Shown here: piece by piece, positions 59,106 to 64,000 of the stretch
Layout: each line of letters opens with the position of its first letter
Position numbering within the stretch: position 1 is the stretch's first letter
Source: an uncultured Nitrospiraceae bacterium
GTDB taxonomy: Bacteria; Nitrospirota; Thermodesulfovibrionia; Thermodesulfovibrionales; Dissulfurispiraceae
Direction of reading: 5' to 3'
NCBI GenBank assembly: GCA_963705105.1
Contig: CAVPIW010000005.1
Location: forward strand, 64,001-128,000
Length of the DNA: 64,000 bases
The notes under the pieces: model-generated
Told to the model about the DNA's origin: nothing
The model's input: the letters and a program-made list of their open reading frames with translations, nothing else
Databases searched by the model: none
Program-made: the position numbers and the translations under genes

Positions 59106-59228
59106 TGCGGGGGCTCCTTCCGGCATGATCCTGCGGTGTTTCAAAACGTCGGTGAATGTCCCGCTGCACCGTCCCATTTAATTCGATATCCTTTGTTCTT
59201 ATAAGAACACATCTACTTCGGACATGTA

Positions 59229-59263
59229 GGAAAAGCGAAGGCCCCCGCGCATGCGGGGGCCTC
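59229..59263 (-). terminator. Hairpin/terminator after pilA
   Basis: AGGCCCCCGC-loop-GCGGGGGCCT followed by TCGCTTTT on the minus strand. Confidence 0.7.
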
Positions 59264-59274
59264 TGGTTAGTACA

Positions 59275-59643
59275 CTATGTGCAGTCAACAGTGCTGGTAG
59301 CAGCGTTGTACGTGCACGTCCCGGTATACGCACCGGCGCCCGAGCCTGTAGCAGTAATAATACCGGCATCGTCAACGGAGCCGGAAACAGTGTTGTGCTG
59401 GCTCGCAAGGCAGGTGCCGCAGTCGGCTGATGCTGCGTTCGTGTTTGCATATTCGGCAGCACACCGGCTGACGCAGTTCCTGACGTCGCTCTGGAGCGAT
59501 CCCTTTGCCGCAGACTGTCTGTACACATTGAACTGCGGGATGGCGATCGCCGCCAGGATGGCGATAATCGCAACGACGACCAGCAGTTCCACGAGGGTGA
59601 AGCCTTTCTCATCCTTTGCCTTCAACATGATCTTCTTGAACAT
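59275..59643 (-). CDS. pilA: Type IV major pilin
   Basis: EKG/FTLVELLVVVAIIAILAAIAIPQF; lies downstream of a sigma54 promoter and next to pilSR. Confidence 0.92.
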   Translation of the reverse strand: MFKKIMLKAKDEKGFTLVELLVVVAIIAILAAIAIPQFNVYRQSAAKGSLQSDVRNCVSRCAAEYANTNAASADCGTCLASQHNTVSGSVDDAGIITATGSGAGAYTGTCTYNAATSTVDCT

Positions 59644-59812
59644 TGTACGACCTCCGACTTCTTGTTTTTCTGTCCGTCAATGACGGATATCCTTGTGCGT
59701 ATGAATTTCTACTCTACGTCTCCCTGCACCCCATTCCCCTCTGTTTCCTTTCCGTAAGTCCTCCTTTCTGTATTTCGCTTGCGTCTGACTGATCTCGTGA
59801 TGTCGTTCATAA

Positions 59813-59829
59813 AGCATCTCTCATGCCAG
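59813..59829 (-). promoter_or_regulatory. sigma54 promoter of pilA
   Basis: CTGGCATGAGAGATGCT, GG-N10-GC spacing. Confidence 0.75.
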
Positions 59830-59890
59830 TTTCACATCTAATTGATATTTAGAAGGATATTATTGGCCGGTGAGCGAGAGGGCCTTCTTC

Positions 59891-60068
59891 TTGACAATTT
59901 CAGTCACGACGGAGAGCAGGGCCGGGAGGATCGCCAGTCGAGGCGACACCTGCTTGATTATTCTTTATATTTCAAATGGTATTGCTCTATCTGACCCTTT
60001 TCCTCCGGCTCTGATGCCGGTCAATGGCGATGTACAATTCTTGTAATCCTCATTGACAATTTCCGTCA
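59891..60068. promoter_or_regulatory. Two TGAC-N7-GTCA boxes, candidate PilR enhancer sites
   Basis: TTGACAATTTCAGTCA (59891) and TTGACAATTTCCGTCA (60053). Confidence 0.6.
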
Positions 60069-60087
60069 TCGGTCATAGACTAACCCG

Positions 60088-61227
60088 ATGTATGACCGCC
60101 ACCTCTTCAACTACTATCGCATCGGCAGGTTTCTCTTCGCCGCGGCCCTGGTCATCGCCTTTCTCATCGCCGGCTTTCCCGGCGACAAGAGGACTTTGCT
60201 GTCGCTCCTCCTGCCATATGCTCTCGTGTCGCTGGCACGGCTCTTCTACCCCTCAGCAAAACCAGGGGTTCTCGACTTCATCCTCGACATTGCTTTCGTC
60301 ACTGCCATTGTTCATCTTAATGCCGACAGACAGACGTACCTTACCCTTCTCTACCTCTTTCCCATCTTTTTTTCGACGGTCCTCATTGATACGAGAACGT
60401 CTTTCCTCTTCCCTCTCATCTCTCTTATGCTCTACGGGATGCTCCAGTTTCTCGGGGCATCGACGCCCTTTGCGGACCGTTTTCTCAACGTCTCTTTGCA
60501 CCTGCTTTCCTTTACCCTGATCGCCATCGCCGGTGTGAACCTGAAGAAAGAGATGGAGAACAGGGGCCGCTATATCCAGGAACTTGAAGATGAAAAGATA
60601 CGGATGCAGGGGTATGAGAGGCTCTACCGGGTGAGCGCCGACCTGGCCCACGAGCTGCGCAACCCCCTCGCGTCGATCTCCGCGGCAGCCCAGTTTCTAA
60701 AGGAAGGAAAGACGGACAGGGAGTTCATCGAGATGATACAGAACGAGACAGCGCGGCTCACCCATCTCGTCAACGATTTCCTGCTCTTTTCGAGGCCTGC
60801 CGATGCCCGGAAAGAGGCTATCGATGTGTGCCGGATACTCAGGGAGTTGCCGTCCAGGATCTTGACGGAGAAGAATATCGCCCTCGGCCGCTGTGATGCC
60901 GTTGTCATTCAGGCCAACAGGACCTTCCTGGAAGTCGCCCTTCTTAATATCGTAAAGAATGCCGCCGAGGCGGCTCAGTCGACTGTCAGCATGTCTCTTG
61001 CGGGACAGGGCCGGGAGCTTGCCCTCATCGTTGAAGACGACGGTCCCGGAATCGACGAGGGACTGAGGGACAGGATATTCGAGCCCTTTTTCACCACAAA
61101 GGAAAGCGGTACCGGCCTCGGCCTCGCCATTTCCTACCGCATCATCACCAGCCTCGGCGGCGCCATCACCATCGAAGAATCCCCCCTCGGCGGTGCAAAG
61201 TTTGTCATCAGAATCCCGATAAGATAA
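60088..61227 (+). CDS. pilS: Sensor histidine kinase, PilS-like
   Basis: Multi-TM N-terminus, AHELRNPL, N box, DDGPG and GTGLGL. Confidence 0.85.
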   Translation: MYDRHLFNYYRIGRFLFAAALVIAFLIAGFPGDKRTLLSLLLPYALVSLARLFYPSAKPGVLDFILDIAFVTAIVHLNADRQTYLTLLYLFPIFFSTVLIDTRTSFLFPLISLMLYGMLQFLGASTPFADRFLNVSLHLLSFTLIAIAGVNLKKEMENRGRYIQELEDEKIRMQGYERLYRVSADLAHELRNPLASISAAAQFLKEGKTDREFIEMIQNETARLTHLVNDFLLFSRPADARKEAIDVCRILRELPSRILTEKNIALGRCDAVVIQANRTFLEVALLNIVKNAAEAAQSTVSMSLAGQGRELALIVEDDGPGIDEGLRDRIFEPFFTTKESGTGLGLAISYRIITSLGGAITIEESPLGGAKFVIRIPIR

Positions 61228-61344
61228 GAGAGTATCACTATCGGGAGACAGCCGTCTCTGCATGTATAAGTCCTATACGTCCATATTTCTTCATCTGCCG
61301 GTCGGCAATCCGACGGGGATGACCATGGGGAGGCCTGATCTGCC

Positions 61345-62712
61345 ATGCGGGCTTTGATCGTTGATGACGAGGCGAACATCAGGAAGGTCCTCGGCGTGCT
61401 CCTCTCGGAGTGCGGGTTCGAGACCATCGAGGCGTCACGGGTAGCCGATGCGCACGGCATCATTCAGAAACAATACTTCGACATCGCCATTATAGACCTC
61501 CGCCTGCCCGACGGTTCAGGGATAGACATCCTGAAGGAGATCAAGGACCTCTATCCCGAGACGATCGTGCTCATCGTCACCGCCTTCGCGTCGACGGAGA
61601 CGGCCATCGCGGCCATGAAGCTGGGCGCGTATGACTATGTGACAAAACCCTTTCATATCGACGAGATCCGGATCGTCCTGAAGAACATTCGGGAAAAGAT
61701 CACCCTCCAGAAACAGGTCAGGGAACTCCAGCAGTATGCCGACGCCTACCAGAAGATCATCGGGAAATCGGAGGCGATGAAGAGGGTCTTCAACATCATC
61801 GAGAAGATCGCGCCCTTCGACTCCAACATCCTCATTGCCGGGGAAAGCGGTACGGGCAAGGAGCTCGTCTCCAAGGCGATCCATAACAGGAGCAGGCGGT
61901 GCCATCAGCCTTTTGTGGCGATCAACTGCGCAAGCCTCCCTGCCGAGCTCCTCGAGAGCGAGCTCTTCGGCTACACGAAGGGCTCCTTCACCGGCGCCTA
62001 TACGTCCAAGAGGGGGTTGATCGACGAGGCGAACGGCGGCACCCTTTTTCTCGATGAGATCGGTGAGATGCCCCTGTCACTCCAGGCAAAACTGCTCCGC
62101 TTCCTCGAAGACAAGAGGATACGGCCCATCGGGAGCACAAGCGAGATCGAGGTGGATGTGCGGGTGATCGCAGCGACGAACAAGAACCTGCTCGAGATGA
62201 TGGAAAAGGGGGAGTTCAGGGAAGACCTCTATTACCGCCTCTCGACGTTCGAGATCAAATTGCCGTCGCTCCGGGAGCGTCAGGAGGACATCCCCCTGCT
62301 CATCGATCACTTCATCAAGCTCTTTTCAAAGAAGTTCCAGAAGGAGATCACCCGGATCGACCCCTCCTTTATCGACTACATCAAGCAGCAGGAACTCCGC
62401 GGCAATGTCAGGGAGCTGAAGAACATCCTCGAACGGGAGGTCATCCTCTCCGAGCACGGTATCCTTGGAGCGAAGCCGACGGGCCTTGGATTTTCTTCGC
62501 AGAGCCCATCCTGTCCCAGGGATATCCCGGATACGGGAATCGATCTGAACGATTATCTCGTGCAGGTCGAAAGGGACCTTCTCCAGAAGGCCCTCGATAA
62601 ATCAAACGGTGTCAAAACGAAGGCCGCCGAGTTCCTCCATCTGTCCTTCCGCGAATTCCGCTACCGTCTCTCCAAGTACAACGGAAAACATACACCGTCC
62701 AACGGCTCGTAA
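61345..62712 (+). CDS. pilR: sigma54-dependent response regulator, PilR-like
   Basis: REC domain, GESGTGKE, GSFTGA, LDEIGE and a C-terminal Fis-type HTH. Confidence 0.88.
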   Translation: MRALIVDDEANIRKVLGVLLSECGFETIEASRVADAHGIIQKQYFDIAIIDLRLPDGSGIDILKEIKDLYPETIVLIVTAFASTETAIAAMKLGAYDYVTKPFHIDEIRIVLKNIREKITLQKQVRELQQYADAYQKIIGKSEAMKRVFNIIEKIAPFDSNILIAGESGTGKELVSKAIHNRSRRCHQPFVAINCASLPAELLESELFGYTKGSFTGAYTSKRGLIDEANGGTLFLDEIGEMPLSLQAKLLRFLEDKRIRPIGSTSEIEVDVRVIAATNKNLLEMMEKGEFREDLYYRLSTFEIKLPSLRERQEDIPLLIDHFIKLFSKKFQKEITRIDPSFIDYIKQQELRGNVRELKNILEREVILSEHGILGAKPTGLGFSSQSPSCPRDIPDTGIDLNDYLVQVERDLLQKALDKSNGVKTKAAEFLHLSFREFRYRLSKYNGKHTPSNGS

Positions 62713-62774
62713 AACCGGCTTTTTTGTCCGAATTTCAATCTGTCCATAGGCATCACCCCTAACAATTAAATACC

Positions 62775-62857
62775 TGTCATTCCCTCAACCCCGCACGTGA
62801 TGCGGGGACGTCGGGAATCCTTCCTAAAAGAACGATTCCGGACGAGCCGGAATGACA
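62775..62857. repeat. GTCATTCC-type palindromic repeat
   Basis: Inverted copy of 36001-36086. Confidence 0.8.
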
Positions 62858-62877
62858 GACGTACTGCACTCGAAAAA

Positions 62878-62921
62878 CAGAAAACCCCCATCAGCCGGTG
62901 GCTGACGGGGGTTTTCTGTTT
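62878..62921. terminator. Terminator hairpin between convergent pilR and pilC
   Basis: CAGAAAACCCCCATCAGCC-GGT-GGCTGACGGGGGTTTTCTG. Confidence 0.75.
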
Positions 62922-62953
62922 TCGTTTTTCTGCCGGCGTTATGCAGGCTGTTC

Positions 62954-64000
62954 TTACTTGCTGATGACCTCACCCATCTTGAATATCGGCAGATAGAGGG
63001 CAACAACGATAAACCCGATGACAACGCCGAGGAAGACCATAAGCATCGGCTCGAGCATCGTCGTGAGGTTTGTGACGGCCTGATCCACTTCATCGTCGTA
63101 GAAATCGGCGACTTTGTTCAACATCTGATCGAGGGCGCCCGTCGACTCGCCGACATGGATCATCTGGGATACCATGGGAGGGAAGATCTCGGACTGGGAC
63201 AACGGCTCGGCGATGGTCTTACCCGTGGTGACTTCATTCTTTACGCCTATAACGAGCTGCTCTATGACCTTATTTCCTGCCGACTTGGCGCAGATGTCAA
63301 GGCTGTCGAGGATCGGCACGCCACTGCTTATAAGGGTTCCAAGGGTCCTCGTGAACCGCGCCACAGCGACCTTTTTCAGGAGATCGCCGAAGACAGGCAG
63401 CTTGAGGAGTATCCTGTCCGTGTGCTTTCGTCCCCCCTCGGTGCTGCGGTACTGGCGGATGCCGTAGCCGAGGGTGACTAAACCGACAAAGAGGCTGAAC
63501 CCGCCGAAGCCGCCGATGAATTGGCTCGCGTCGATGACGATTCTTGTGGGCAGAGGCAGTTTCACGTTCATTTCGCCGAAGATCTTGGCAAAAGTCGGGA
63601 TGACAAAGATCATAATGATGGCGACGACGAGCACGGCGACGGAAACGACGATGGAGGGATACACCATGGCGCCCTTGACCTTTTTCTTCAGCTTCATCGC
63701 CTTTTCGATGTAGACGGCGAGACGCAGAAGAACCGTGTCAAGAACGCCACCAGTTTCACCGGCCGCGACAAGGTTGACAAAGAGGTCGTCGAATACCTTC
63801 GGGTGCCTCTTCAGCGCATCGGCTAGGGTGGCGCCGGTCTCGACGTCGCTCTTCACCTGGCCGATGATCTCTTTCAGGGCTTTGTTATCGAGTTGCTTTG
63901 AGAGGATGTCGAGACCCTCGACGATGGGTATGCCGGCGCCGAACATAGTCGCAAACTGCCTCGTGAAGACGACCATGTCCTTGTCGGTTATCTTTTCTCC
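62954..64000 (-). CDS. pilC: Type IV pilus platform protein (5' end outside the window)
   Basis: FTRQFATM..AGIP, AGETGG, GESTGALD and LEP..LYLPIF. Confidence 0.95.
   Translation of the reverse strand, partial: GEKITDKDMVVFTRQFATMFGAGIPIVEGLDILSKQLDNKALKEIIGQVKSDVETGATLADALKRHPKVFDDLFVNLVAAGETGGVLDTVLLRLAVYIEKAMKLKKKVKGAMVYPSIVVSVAVLVVAIIMIFVIPTFAKIFGEMNVKLPLPTRIVIDASQFIGGFGGFSLFVGLVTLGYGIRQYRSTEGGRKHTDRILLKLPVFGDLLKKVAVARFTRTLGTLISSGVPILDSLDICAKSAGNKVIEQLVIGVKNEVTTGKTIAEPLSQSEIFPPMVSQMIHVGESTGALDQMLNKVADFYDDEVDQAVTNLTTMLEPMLMVFLGVVIGFIVVALYLPIFKMGEVISK

Noticed and set aside
59275..59643. Short Geobacter-type conductive pilin
   Set aside because: The mature pilin is over 100 aa with a Cys-containing globular domain and few aromatic residues.

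Overview
GC-rich bacterial chromosome segment; gene order (atpB/atpE apart from the other atp genes, tmk-holB-PSP1-metG-radC, pilC-pilR-pilS-pilA) suggests a Nitrospirota- or deltaproteobacteria-like host, which is inference only. Left to right: ugd, a TPR protein, pbpC (frameshifted tail) and an alpha-2-macroglobulin gene; a roughly 11-kb zone of intact and decayed toxin-antitoxin and conflict genes (10.4-21.5 kb); a 12-kb element integrated at tRNA-Ala(GGC), bounded by a 44-bp att repeat (21970-34052) and damaged by IS3 copies and a 438-bp IS21-like MITE; housekeeping genes; and a type IV pilus locus. Two features stand out. (1) A second, more AT-rich fimT-pilV-pilW-pilX minor-pilin set is nested inside the first between 67-bp direct repeats, and its first gene is fused in frame to the resident pilW start. 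(2) A six-copy family of non-coding inverted-repeat elements has left and right inner modules that occur in all four combinations. All product calls come from reading motifs by eye; no searches were run.
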